DNA from: Octopus sinensis
Taxonomy: Eukaryota
Assembly: GCF_006345805.1 (NCBI RefSeq)
Contig: NC_042998.1
Coordinates: 162,440,001 to 162,504,000 of the forward strand
DNA: 64,000 nt
Reading direction: 5' to 3'
The position numbers and the translations under genes are program-made. Within the stretch, counting starts at the first letter, position 1. The number at the start of each line of letters is the position of its first letter. The notes beneath the pieces were generated by a model that saw only the letters and a program-made list of their open reading frames with translations, ran no database searches and was not told the DNA's origin. Positions 14,550-27,820 of the stretch are shown here, piece after piece.

Positions 14550-15059
14550 TATTTTATTCTTTTACATGTTTCAGTTCTTTGACTGCAGCCATGATGGAGC
14601 ACTGCCTTTAGTCAAACAAATCAACTCCAGGACTTATCCTTTATAAGCCTAGTACTAATACTATGGGTCTCTTTTGCTGAACTGCTAAGTTACAGGGATG
14701 TAAACACACCAACGTTGGTGTTAAGCAATGATGGGTGGACAAACAGAGGCAAGCAAATACATATATATATGATGGGCTTCTTTCAGTTTCTGTCTATGAA
14801 ATCCACTCACAAGTCTTTGGTTGACCTGAAGCTATAGTAGAAGACACTTGCCCAAGGTGTCACACAGTGGGACTGAACCTGGAACACCATGTGGTTTGGA
14901 AGCAAGTTTCTTACCACACAGCCACTCCTATATATATATTATACAAATGCACACACACACACACATACAACATATATTTGTTTGATTTTACATCTGTGTT
15001 TCCATGATGGCATTGGTTAGATGAATTTATGTACATACATACAGACATACTTGTGTATA

Positions 15060-15800
15060 GCATAAATGACATATACCTTGGAAGTGTGCTCCCCACCAAA
15101 TGCAATTCTGAACAAGTTGTAGAATGAAGAATTGAATCAGTTTACTCAGCAAAACTAGCAAAACGTGTATTCAAAAATGAAGACCTAAGTTTGAAGATGA
15201 AGATTATGGTCTACCAAGCTGTTGTTATATCCACGTTCCTATATGGCTGTAAAACTTGTACTTTGCACCATTGCAACATCAAAGAACTTGAATGCTTTCA
15301 AGTGAAACTTCACTTTCTCTTGAAGGGTTTTGACTATATCCCCAGTAACTCTGTGGTGAAAGAGTGGGTAGCTAGAGCATCAAATCCCTGATCATCAAAC
15401 ATTGCCATTGATGGATCAGCCATGTCAACAGGATGAACAATGAATGACTTCATCATCAAATCTTGAAATCTTCTTCAGCAAACTAGCAACTAAAAAAAGA
15501 CAAAGAGAAACCCGTCTTCAACACTACAAACACCAGTAAAGTCAATTCTGAAGCAGACCAGCTTCAACCACTTGGCTTTTGAGATGATCATAACCAACTG
15601 TCCCAACTATCAACAAATCATAAACAATAGCATAATATCATTTGAAAAAGAAAACATTAAAAAAGAAAGAGGAGAAAAAACAACAATGGAAGGCCAGGCA
15701 GCAGCAACCATGACCAAGTTCAACATTTACAAGTGGTCAATGCAATCACATGTTATATGCAAGGATAGGTCTCATAGCCACATTCACCACTGGCATTAAT
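15060..15800 (+). mobile_element. RTE (BovB-like) LINE 3' fragment, decayed
   Basis: KRVFKNEDLSLKMKIMVYQAVVISTFLYGCKTCTL...IKELECFQ matches the RTE RT C-terminal motif (K.KVYRAVV.STLLYG.ETW); downstream frames are broken. Confidence 0.75.
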
Positions 15801-16119
15801 GATCCAAATATCCGTCCAAGAATGAAATCAATCCTTGGATTTGAGGGACAAGCAGATGGCAATAAGACATTTTCTTTCTTTCATGACAATGAGGTTCTGG
15901 GTTTGAGATGACTGCAGAGAATTTTTGTCATGCCTCTCTTATTATCACCTAAATTTGACCAAATCCCTGTAAGAAAAACTGAATAGATAGAGACTGCATG
16001 GATGAAGTTAAAATAATAGACAGAGAAAAATTGGAAAATATGGAAACTAAAAGAGGCAGCACATATGCTAGGACACAACAACCTCCTAAGCAGACCGAGT
16101 GCAGATATGAACAGCATAT

Positions 16120-16461
16120 ACTCTTTTACTCTTTTACTTGTTTCAGTCATTTGACTGCGGCCATGCTGGAGCACTGCCTTTAGTCGAGCAAATCGACCCC
16201 AGGACTTATTCTTTGTAAGCTCAGTACTTATTCTATCGGTCTCTTTTGCCGGACCGCTAAGTGACGGGGACGTAAACACACCAGCATCGGTTGTCAAGCA
16301 ATGCTAGGGGAACAAACACAGACCCAAACATACACACAAATACATATCTATATACATATATACGACAGGCTTCTTTCAGTTTCCGTCTACCAAATCCACT
16401 CACAAGGCATTGGTCGGCCCGAGGCTATAGCAGAAGACACTTGCCCAAGGTGCCCCACAGT
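16120..16461 (-). mobile_element. Young family A SINE lacking the tRNA head
   Basis: Near-consensus body with most CpGs retained; stops at CCAAGGTGCCCCACAGTG. Confidence 0.85.
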
Positions 16462-16689
16462 GTTCAAATGTACACTGTATTTATATCAATAATATATAGT
16501 CTACTGACTAATTTTTCTACGCGCTAGGCCACAGGTAGTAAAAATTTGTAAAATCTTTATTACCCTGATATTATATATATATAATGCACATGGGTTGTCT
16601 AAGAGGCTATAAGTCAGGGAAAAGATGCACTCGTATATCCTTTAAGAGAGTAGGTATACTATCCAAAATGTATAGCATTATATATATAT

Positions 16690-16789
16690 CCAGCATGACT
16701 GATCATACCAATCAGTTTCAGGCAAGGAACACAATGGAGTGTTAGGTAACAGTCCAGCTGTATGACATTACATTCATCAGAGTTAGCTG
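16690..16789 (-). ncRNA. Type I hammerhead ribozyme-like motif (degenerate stems I and II)
   Basis: Minus strand CTGATGA (16780-16774)...GAAA-CTGAT tggtatg ATCAG-TC: perfect 5-bp stem III plus the A-U pair, GUC triplet at 16699-16697. Confidence 0.6.
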
Positions 16790-17138
16790 ATATAGAAGGG
16801 AATATGGTGACTGAGAGTAGTCACTGTGTGATGAATATATAATACTATACATTTCGGATAGTATATATATATATATATCCCTCTCTCTCTTTCGGAGAGG
16901 CACAAGCACCTACACGCACATATACACACACGGCAGTAACTTCCACCTACCGAATTCAATCACAAAGCTCCGGTCAGCTCGGGGCTATAGTGAAAGACAC
17001 CTACCCAAAGTGCCACGCGGTGGGACTGAACCCGAAACCATATAGCTAGGAAGCAAGCTCCCTAACCACACAGCCATATATATGTGTATGTATGTATGTA
17101 TGTATATGCATATATATATATATGTATGTGTATGTGTA

Positions 17139-17169
<31 letters not shown>

Positions 17170-17187
17170 TGTGTGTGTGCGTGTGTA

Positions 17188-17375
17188 TGCAGTTTTCTTT
17201 CTCCGTCTTCCCTTCCTTGAACCTTTCCTCATTCTATGTTTCTAACAAAGAGCTCCGCTCGAAACATTAAATCCTCCTTCTTTTTTTCCTTTCCTGAGCG
17301 TCCAATAACACTATACTTGTTCCACATCCTCGTGTTATTGTGTTTTCTCTTTCTTCATGTTTGGATTAACTATAT
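17188..17375 (+). mobile_element. Small Penelope-related element with a decayed hammerhead at 17236-17275
   Basis: CTAACAA-A-GAGC tcc GCTC-GAAACATT, consistent with CTGACGA/GAAACGTT after mostly CpG decay; 3' part shared with 24114-24195; bounded by (TG)n and (TA)n. Confidence 0.5.
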
Positions 17376-19049
17376 ATATATAAATGTATATTATAAGAAC
17401 TGTAAAAAATATTATTGATATTTTTAAGCCTTAATATATGAGTTTCAGTGGACTGGTGGATCATTTTCTTGGCATTTGTGGTGATTGAATTCAGAGTGCT
17501 TGGGATGTAATTTGATATGGAGCCAATTTCTGAGTCCTAAACTCACTGATAGTGTATCTTGCATTTGAGCACACGGTTGTTTCTTATATGTATGTATGTA
17601 GTATGTATGTATGTAGTATGTATGTATGTATGTATGTATGTATGTATGTATGTATGTATGTATGTATGCTTGTCTGCATGTATGCATATTAAGCTGGTAC
17701 ATGCACAAACATAAAGACAAAAATATATGATCAAAGACACATGTTTGTAATTTTATCAGGTATATTTTTAATTTCATTATATTTAATTTTGTCTATGTAT
17801 TTCATATTAATGTGTGCAATTTTGAGTGTTTGTTTGTGCATGTATTAGTGTATGTGTAATATATAATAAACAGTTAGCAAAGCTGCAGTGCTTTCTCTCT
17901 ATCCAATCTCTATCTTTCCCTCTATCTGGTCTATATCTTTCTCCCTCACCTTCTTTACTCTCTCCCCATCACATCTCTGTCTCCATATTCTCCTTTTCCA
18001 CCTTCCCCTTATTAAGCTGATTTTCAAGCTGGTTTCTTTCTGATTCTGTAGGATATGAAATAAATACTTGCAACCTATTCATATTATCTTCTGAAAAAGC
18101 TGTTTTGTGCCTTCTTAACTTCTAGTAAATCAAAGGTCATTTGTTGCTACTGCTGATCTTGTTATTTTGTTGTTTTTGTGGTTGATTAGGGGACAACTGA
18201 CTTAAGAGTGAAAACAGATTTTTTTGCTTTTGGTAAGAGAAGTGTGCCAGCCAACCAGCCTGCCTGCCTCTGCCCAGCTGGACTAATTGATCTCAGTAAA
18301 AGAAAGGCGTCCCAGTCCTTCTCTGTTTCACCTTCTGTTTCTTTCTCTCTCTCTTTTTTTTAGAGATGGTAGAAGTTGGAAATGGTATGGCAGCGGTGGT
18401 GGCGGTGGCGGTGATGAAAGTAACAGAGTTAGTTACAGGAAACAGGCTTTAAATTCCCTCTTAACACAGGAACACACATACACACACAGGTGTAGAGACA
18501 CATACAAACACACAAGCACATACATACACAGTCATATATGTATATGAATACACAAGCATACACTCAGTGCACATGTAAAACAACAACAACAACAACAAAC
18601 AGCCCCATCCCTGTGCCCACCCCACCCACCCCACCCCCACCCTGCTTAAAACCTAAGCAAGCACTTCCTTGATATGCAGTAAGAGATAACAATTACACAG
18701 AGGATGGAGGTGGAGAAGTGTGGTCAATGGAGATGAGGTGTGTCCGGCAGAAGTGGAGGGGCTGGGAAGGGGGGAGGGGAAACCTCATGCCCCCCCCCGC
18801 CCTCCTCCAAGTGGTGTTAGAAACATTTGTACACTATCCTGCCTATATTAACAATTAATGTATGTATATATTAAATGACTGTGTGTGTGTAAGAGTGTAT
18901 ATATAACATGTCAAACAATGAAAAATGAAAAAAAAATCTAAACAAAATGATTATAGTAATAATTGTGATGATGAGTGCAGATGTGGGTAGGTTGGGTGGG
19001 TGATGTATCAGAATGCTACATTTGCTTCACTCCACCCCACCATGATTCC

Positions 19050-19074
19050 TTCCTTCCTTCCTCCTTCATCTTTC

Positions 19075-19105
<31 letters not shown>

Positions 19106-19550
19106 CTTCTCTTCTTCTTCTTCTTCTTCTTCTTCTTCTTCTTCTTCTTCCTCCTCCTCTTCTTCTCTTCTTCTTCTTCTTCTTCCTCCTCCTCTTCTTC
19201 TTCTTCTTCTTCTTCTTCTTCCTCCTCTCTTCTCTTCTTCTTCTTCTTCTTCTTCTTCTTCTTCTTCCTCCTCTTCTTCTTCTTCTTCTTCTTCCTCCTC
19301 CTCCTCTTCTTCTTCTTCTTCTTCTTCTTCTTCTTCTTCTTCTTCCTCCTCTTCTTCTTTTTCTTCTTCTTCTTCTTCTTCTTCTTCTTTTTCTTCTCAT
19401 CCTCCTCCTCCTCTTCCTTTTCTTCTTCAACATCTACCATCATCAATATCTTCTTTTTCTTCTTCCATCATTCATCTCCTCCTCCTATTCGTTGTCGTCG
19501 TCCTCCTCCTCCACCTCCTCCTCCACCGCCACCGCCACCATCACCACCTT
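19050..19550. repeat. (TTC/CTC)n polypyrimidine compound microsatellite
   Basis: About 350 bp almost purely C/T, then TCC/CCA triplets. Confidence 0.95.
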
Positions 19551-22083
19551 CTATATGAATAAATAAACAAAGAGAGAAAAATATAGGGAAATGGAAGTAT
19601 AATACAACAAAAAGAATAAATAAAAGAACGAAAGAAAGAACGAAAGAAAACAACCAGAAAATAGAAATAAACATAAAGACAACTAACACCCCCACTGCCC
19701 ACCTCTAACCACCACCCTCCTCCCGCTCTCTCCCATCCTGTCTCTGTCTGCTTGCCTGCTGCCTGTCTGTCTGCATACCCTGCATTTACTACCACCATAA
19801 CTTCAAATCCCTTTCTTTCTCCCCTGGGCTTGAAAGATTCCAAGTGGAGAGATGTAGGTGTCGTAATGATAGTGTGGCTGTTGTTCATAGTGGCGGCGAC
19901 GGTGGTGGTGGTGGTGGTGGTGGTGGTGTAGGACGTGAGTCGCAGTTGGGGGAAGGGTGGGGTATAGTAAGGAGACCACCATCATCACTAATAAGGGAGT
20001 GTGCCATGTGCCATATGTGTGATGTCAGAACGAATGTAATCAGTGTGCACATGTGTATGTGCGTGTGTATGTATACGTGAGTGTATGTGTTTAAGCATGT
20101 GTATGCATGTTGTATGTGTGTTTGTGTATACGTGTGTGAGTGTGTGTGTATATATATCTATGTATCTGATTTGTATCTTTGTCTATGTATGTATATTGTA
20201 TTCTGTGTGTACATGTATGTGTAAATGAGTGTATGGATCTGTATATAAATGTGTGTATGTAAATGTATGTGTTTTGTTGAATATGTGTATGTGTTAGATA
20301 CATGTGTGTGTAAATATGTCTATGTATATAAGTATGAGTAAGTGTATTGTATGTATGTGTGCATGAGAGTGGCTTCATGTAAGTGTGTGCCGTGTGTATA
20401 TGTGAATGTGTGTGTCTATCTTTCAAACAGATGGAGACTCACAAAGGGACAACCTCTCCCTCACCTACCTACTTACCTACCTGCCTGCCACAATCTCCCT
20501 TGCAAGCAACCCATGTCTCTAAGGGAGTATGGTGGGGTGACAATGTGGTGAAGGTAGGAAAGAGGGAAATAGCCCCTTTATCTAATCTCTCATGATGAAG
20601 GGGTAAGTTCTACCACTCCTCCTTCCATACAGTCATAGCAGGAACAGCAACAGAAGCCAGCCGCCAATGAAGAAACCTCTTTAAGGTTTCTTGACCTGTG
20701 TGAAAAAGCAGTCAAATCTCTATCAAATCACACTCTGCCCTGTTATTCCTTTTAATACCAATACACCTGAGACACCTCTGATTTTAAGATACAAATCCTC
20801 TAATGTCCTTTAATTTCTAAATTGCTAAATTAAAATCTTCCATCAAAATTTCAAGCTAATTTATTTTATATTACAGTCAACAGCTTAATAATGGTTTCAA
20901 ATTTTCCCACAAGGCCAGCAATTTCAGGGGAAGGGCTAAGTCAATTAAATCGACCCCAGTGCACATCTGGTGCTTATTTTATTGACCTCAAAAGGATGAA
21001 CAACAAAGCCAACTCCAGTGGTATTGAACCCAGATCATAAAGATGGATGAAACACCACTAAGAATTTCACCTGGTTGTATGGCACAAAGTTTGCTTCTCA
21101 ACCACATGGTTCCAGTTTCAGTCCCACTGCATGGCACCTTGGACAAGTGTCTTCTATTATAGCTTCAGGTCAACCAGAGCCATGTGAGTGGATTTGGTAA
21201 GCAGAAACTGAAAGAAGCCCAGCTTAATAATGACAGCTATTTTGCTAAATTAACCATTATTTACAAAATTAATTTAAACAAATGCAGTGTATTTTTACAG
21301 AAATATGGTAACAAAAGGGTTAAAGTGATCTAAAACTTTCCCTTAAAATTTCATGTTAATTTATCTTCCAAACACCATCTGAATAATGGCAAAGATATTT
21401 TTCTTAATTTTTCCTAATTAACAAAATTAATTGAAACGAGAAGTTATTTCAACTGCAGTATAACAACAGAAGAGTTTATAACAAAAATAAAGGGTACAAT
21501 AGTTTATGCAGACTTAAATACGTTATATCTTTTATCTTTAATCTTTTATTTGTTTTTGTCATTAGACTCTGGCCATGCTGGGGCACCACCTTGAAGAAGA
21601 ACTTCAGTTGAATGAACCAACCCCAGTACTTACATGTTTTAAGCCTGATACTTACACTATCGGTCTCTTTTGCCAAACTGCTAAGTTACAGGGATATAAA
21701 CACACCAGCACTGGTTGTCAAGAATTGGTAGGGGACAAATACAAACACAAACACACACACACACACACACACACAGATACACACACACACATAGACACAC
21801 ACATATGATGGGCTTCTTTCAGTTTCCATCAACTAAATCCGCTCACATGGTTTTGGTGAGCCAAAGGCTATGGTAGAAGACACTTGCCCAAGGTGCCACG
21901 CAGTGGGACTGAACCTAGAAAGAACTATGTGGATAGGAAGCAAACTTTGTACCATGCAAAAGCAAAACAAAAAATGATTGGATGGTATGATCATATTCTT
22001 TTGATCCTAATTGTGCTGGATCAGAGCTGTCCTAGGGTTGAACAACATGAACAATGTGCAATTATTTTCTGTTTCCACTTTCT

Positions 22084-22510
22084 TTAACCCTTTAGCATTT
22101 AAACCAGCCATATCCAGCCCAAATATTCTACTCATCTATGTTCAACTTGACCCAATCTGACCTCTCACACATACCCTACAATGTCATTCTAAAAGTTGCT
22201 GATGGTGCCACGTGAAAAGCACCCCGTACACTCTGTAGAGTGGTTTGCATTAGAAAGGCTACCCAGCTATATAGAAACCAAGCCAATACAGACTATGAAA
22301 CCAGCCTGGTGTGCCCTCTAGCTTTGCCACTTCCTGTCAATCCATCCAGCCCTTGTCAGATGTTAAATGTTATTGTTATTGTTGTTGAGGATGATGATGA
22401 TGATGAAATCATCGAAATCTCAAAGTCATGGGGTAATGAATGATTAATTCAAAACAATGTGAACAAATAAGCATTACATTTGACAGAGTAATCTGAATGC
22501 CAAAGGTTAA
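22084..22510. mobile_element. TTAA MITE with nested LINE 3' tail (about 22195-22407)
   Basis: TTAACCCTTTAGCATT...GCCAAAGGTTAA; insert of the same LINE-tail family as at 10617 and 62456. Confidence 0.75.
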
Positions 22511-22904
22511 ATCCCCATTTCCTCCTTCACCCTATTACTTCTTGTTCCCTCCTCTCCATTGTTCTTACCCCACTCCCTGCAATCCATCTTCCATCACTCC
22601 ACAATATTCTTTTCTGTCTGTCTGCCATCACTCCACATTTCATATTCCAACCTTATCACTCCATTGCTTCATCACTCTCTTTCACCCATCCTTCATTACT
22701 CCTTTATTCCTTCATGTTCCACATTACTCCATACTCCATCACTTTACTCCATGCTCCCCTTATTTCATACTCAAATCACTTCATATGCCATCATTGTACT
22801 CCATCCATGTTCCTCTTACTCCATACTCCCAAAACGTCATACTCCATGTTTCATCACTTTACACCATGTTCCCATTAACCCATATAAATGGCTCTCCATC
22901 GATA

Positions 22905-23210
22905 ATAATCATGAGGGTTCCAGTTGATATGATCAAAGGAACAGCTTGCTCATGAAATTAATGTGAAAGTGGCTGGGCACTCCACAGACGAGCGTAACCT
23001 TGATATAGTTCTCAGAGAGATTCATCATGACACAGACTGTGACAAGGCCGACCCTTTGAATTACAGGTACACCTCATTTTTGTCAGCTGAGTGGACTGGA
23101 GCAATGTGAAATAAAGTGTCTTGCTCAAGGATACAACATGCCACTAGGAATCAAACTCACAGCCTTGCAGTTGTGAGCCAAATAACCTAAACATTAAGCC
23201 ATGCACCTTC
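22905..23210 (-). mobile_element. tRNA-derived SINE, family B
   Basis: GAGGGTTCCAGTTGAT...CAGCTGAGTGGACTGGAGCAATGTGAAATAAAGTGTCTTGCTCAAGG; paralogs at 25593-25915 and about 55945-56110. Confidence 0.75.
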
Positions 23211-23399
23211 ACAACAGCAACAACATATATACACACAATACACATTGATTCTCTAGCAGGAGTTAATGAGTGACACTCTGTCTATGTCTAGTCATACAAG
23301 TGCTATGAATAGCAACCAAATTTCCCTCAAATCACACCTTAATAAATTTTTATATTCAAAGGGATACATTAGATAATGTGTTCCTACATATATTTTATT

Positions 23400-23708
23400 T
23401 ATTTATGCACCCTTTCCAAGCCTAGCCAGGCTCATGGGCCTGGATTTCCGGTTCCTGTGGCGTATGTATTCCTCCCAGCTGCACGGGATGCCAGTCTATT
23501 GCAACATTACTCAAGAAACAGGAAGAAAGAGTGAGAGAAAGTTGGGGTGAAAGGGTACAACAGGGGTCGCCACCACCCCCTGCCTGAGCTTCGTGGAGCT
23601 TTAGGTGTTTTCACTCAATAAACATACACAATGCCTGGTCTGGGAGTCAAAACCACGATCCTCCGACCGCAAGTCCGCTGCGCTAACCACTGGGCCATTG
23701 TGTCTCTA
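23400..23708 (-). mobile_element. tRNA-derived SINE, distinct family
   Basis: Minus-strand head TGGCCCAGTGGTTAGCGC...GGTTTTGACTCCC (A and B boxes); 3' region GACTGGCATCCCG...ACAGGAACCGG...ATGAGCCTGGCTAGGC resembling L2-derived SINE tails. Confidence 0.65.
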
Positions 23709-24081
23709 CGTACCTACATATACAAAAACTGAAAAAGAAAAAGGCACTTGAGTTTTTAAACACTTGAGTATCTAAACCAGCCATATCCAGTCCAAATGTT
23801 CAATCTGTTTTATCAGCAAGCTCTGGCCTTTCACACTTAGCCTACAATGTCATTTCCGAAACAAAAATGATGTGCTAAGAAGTTTGTTTCTCTAACAAAT
23901 GGTTCTAAGTTTAGAATATTACACACATTTACCAAAATACAACACATCACCTGGTCCAGGAATTAAAACCACACTCATGATCATGAGTCCAACACACTAA
24001 GCCATGCACTTCCACACACTCATACATATATATAAATGCATGCATATCTATACCATCTATGTCTGTGTGTGTGTGTCTCTC

Positions 24082-24116
<35 letters not shown>

Positions 24117-24435
24117 TTCCTGAGCGCCTATTAATAATAATACTGTAATTGTTCCACGTGTTGTTGTTTTTCTGTTTTCCCGTTTGGATTAAAATTATAT
24201 ATATATATATATATACACACACATTCTTTTATTCTTTTACTTGTTTCAGTCATTTTGACTGTGGTCATGCTAGAGCACCGCCCTTAGTTGATCAAATCAA
24301 CCCCCAGGACTTATTTTTTGTAAGCCTAGTACTTATTTTATCGGTCTCTTTTGCCGAACTGCTAATGGCGGGGACATAAGCACACCAGCATCAGTTGTCA
24401 AGCGATGGTGGGGAGACAAACACAGACACACAAAC

Positions 24436-24474
<39 letters not shown>

Positions 24475-24554
24475 TACACACACACACGTATATCCACATA
24501 TAAATAAATATATACATATATACTCACACACATATATATCTATATCTATATAAC

Positions 24555-24596
<42 letters not shown>

Positions 24597-25009
24597 ATAT
24601 TGTATATATACAGATATATATAAAATAATATACCCTCCAACCCATGCCAGCTTGGACAATAGATATTAAATGATGTTGATGACAATGACGATGATGATGA
24701 TGATGATGATGATGGTGGTGATGACCCACACACACACACCACACACACACACAAACACTTACGTATAGGTTTTTGTGTGTGTCTGGGTGTTTGTGTTTGT
24801 TCCCTATTGCCCACTGCTTGACAACCAGTGTTGGTTTGTTTACACACCTTTAACTTAGCAGTTCTGAATAAGTATCAGATTAAAAAAATAAAATCTAAGT
24901 ACTGGGGTTGATTTATTCAACTAAATTGTTCGAGGTGGCAAGCTGGCAGAATCGTTAGCACACTGGACGAATTGCTTAACAGTATTTCGCCTGTCGCTAT
25001 GTTTATATA

Positions 25010-25188
25010 GGCGCAGGAGTGGCTGTGTGGTAAGTACCTTGCTTACCAGCGACATGGTTCCAGGTTCAGTCCCACTGCATGGCACTTTGGGCAAGTGTTT
25101 TCTACTATAGCCTCAGGCCGACCAAAGCCATGTGAGTGGATTTGGTAGACGGAAACTAAAAGAAGCCTGTCATATATATGTAGATGTG

Positions 25189-25241
<53 letters not shown>

Positions 25242-25451
25242 TTGTGTGTCTGTGTTCGTTCCCCCAACATTGCGTGACGACCGATGCTGGTGTGGTTATG
25301 TCCCCGTAACTTAGCAGTTCGGCAAAAAAGACCGATAGAATAAGTACTAGACTTACAAAAAATAAGTCCTGGGGTCGATTTCTTTGACTAAAGGTGGTGC
25401 TTCAGCATGGCCGCAGTCAACTGACTGAAACAAGTAAAAGAGTAAAAGAGT
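25010..25451 (+). mobile_element. Full-length family A SINE
   Basis: GGCGCAGGAGTGGCTGTGTGG head, B box GGTTCAGTCCC at 25063-25073, internal (TG)n, AAAAGAGT tail followed by a duplicated tail segment. Confidence 0.9.
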
Positions 25452-26530
25452 AAGGCAATGCCCCAGCATGGCCACAGTCCAATGAATGAAACAAGTAAAA
25501 CATAAAGGACACACCTCATATGCATATAGTGCTTGCTTTGTCATCTCATTTATTCCACTCTCATGAATTGCCTGTCTCACACTCACTCACACATTGGCAC
25601 TTCGTCGCTTATGACAACAAGGTTTCCAGTTGATCTGATCAACAGAACATCCTCCTCATGAAATTATTGTGCAAGTGGCTGAGTACTCCACAGACACGTG
25701 TCTCCTTAACGTAATTCTCAGGAAGATTTTCTGTGAGGCAGAGTGTGACGAAGCTGGCCCTTATGAAGTACAGGTATGACTCATTTTCGCCAGCTGAGTG
25801 GACTGGAGCAACGTGAAATAAAATGTGTTACTCAAGGACTCAGTGCACAGCCAGAATTCAAACCCATGACTTTATGATCATGCACAGATTACTCTAACCA
25901 ATAAACCACATGCCATCACCAAACACACACACACACACACACACACGAATATTATGCATACAAACACAGGCAACACAAAATTTATATCAATTGCAATACT
26001 ATCGCAAAGCACCTTCATTCCCATCCATCTTGTTTTCCTCACCACATACTATCACATACATATTCACACACACACACACACACACTCATACCGATGCTTG
26101 TACACAAATGCTTACAAATACAAGTCTATAAAGACGTACCCTAAGATAACCATGCATTCAGATAGATATACTACACATTGCATATTTGTAAATACTAAAA
26201 GATATATACTCATCCCCAACACCTCTATAACTATTGCCAGTACAACTGCCATCAACATCATCATCATCATCATCATTATCTCATTTCCTTTACCCTTTAT
26301 ACTTAAACACACACACGCACACACACACACAGATGCACACGCACACATACGACTGGTTTCTTTCAGTTTCCATGTACCAAATCCACTCACAAGACTTTGG
26401 TTGGCCCAAGGCTACAGTAGAAGACACTTGCCCAAGGTGCCATGCAGTGGTACTGAACCCAGAACCATGTGGTTGGAAAGCAAGTTTCTTACCTTACAGC
26501 TACACCTCTGCCAAGACATGGTGCATATAT

Positions 26531-26947
26531 ACTCTTTTACTCTTTTACTTGTTTCAGTCATTTGACTGCGACCTTGCTGGAGCACCACCTTTAGTCAAGC
26601 AAATCAACCCCAGGACTTATTCTTAGGAAGCCTTGTACTTATTCTATCGGTCTCTTTTGCTGAACTACTAAATTACGACGACATAAATAAAACACCATCG
26701 GTTGTCAAGCAATGTTGGGGACAAACACAGACACACAAACATATACACACACATACATATATACACATATATACATATATATACGACAGGCTTCTTTCAG
26801 TTTCTGTCTACCAAATCCACTCACATGACTTTGGTCGGCCTGAGACTATAGTAGAAAATACTTGCCAAAGGTGCCATGCAGTGGGAATGAACCCGGAACC
26901 ATGTGGTTGGTAAGCAAGCTACTTACAACACAGCCACTCCTGCGCCT
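26531..26947 (-). mobile_element. Full-length family A SINE
   Basis: Reverse complement of the 25010 copy, ending ...CACAGCCACTCCTGCGCC. Confidence 0.9.
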
Positions 26948-27507
26948 ATGTATATAAATATATATATGCATATGTGTGTGTGTGTGTGTGCTCTGTGAAG
27001 GTCTCTCAACATTCTGACCACAGCTATATTCCTAGCACCACTGCCAAAACCACCACCACCACCACCACCACCACATTTATCCTTTGTCTACCCCCATTAG
27101 TCCTGCCCCCTATATAGACACATGCATTCCCACCCAACAAATAATACATGCTCTATAACATTGCTGTCACTTTCTGTGGAGTTATTACAACCATCACCAC
27201 TTCTGCCACCATACATACCACTACACTTATATCTAGCCTCTCTCTACTCATTTCCTTTCCTAATTTACATACCTGCACACACACACACACACACATAGAC
27301 ACATACATATATTCTCTTAGATATACAAACAACTCTGAAAATTTTCTTAGGTATCCAACTACTACCACACCCACACTTACTGTATCTATCTTTTATATAT
27401 CCCTGTCACTTCATTACCTACACTCTCAGAATATACATACATACATACATACATACATATACACATAGATACATAGCTACATACATACATACATACATAC
27501 ATACATA

Positions 27508-27571
<64 letters not shown>

Positions 27572-27655
27572 ATTATACACATATATATATATATATATTA
27601 TATATATATATATATATACATATATATAATATATATATATATGTATGTGTATATG

Positions 27656-27705
<50 letters not shown>

Positions 27706-27783
27706 GCATATATATATACACACACATATGTATACTATACATATATATACATGCATATATAATATATATATATAATATATATA

Positions 27784-27820
<37 letters not shown>

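Noticed and set aside
18364-18384. 21-nt microexon after a long pyrimidine tract
   Set aside because: The tract is a (CT)n/poly-T simple repeat, so the acceptor is likely fortuitous
18975-19566. 188-195 aa poly-S/L/F and poly-K/E/R ORFs
   Set aside because: Translations of the (TTC/CTC)n tract on both strands
20431-20602. AG...GG|GTAAGT bounded segment as a coding exon
   Set aside because: Contains a CCTA/CCTG microsatellite, and the ATG frame hits a stop before the donor; could only be non-coding
25010-25080. tRNA-like A/B boxes as tRNA genes
   Set aside because: They are SINE heads joined to SINE bodies; no complete cloverleaf
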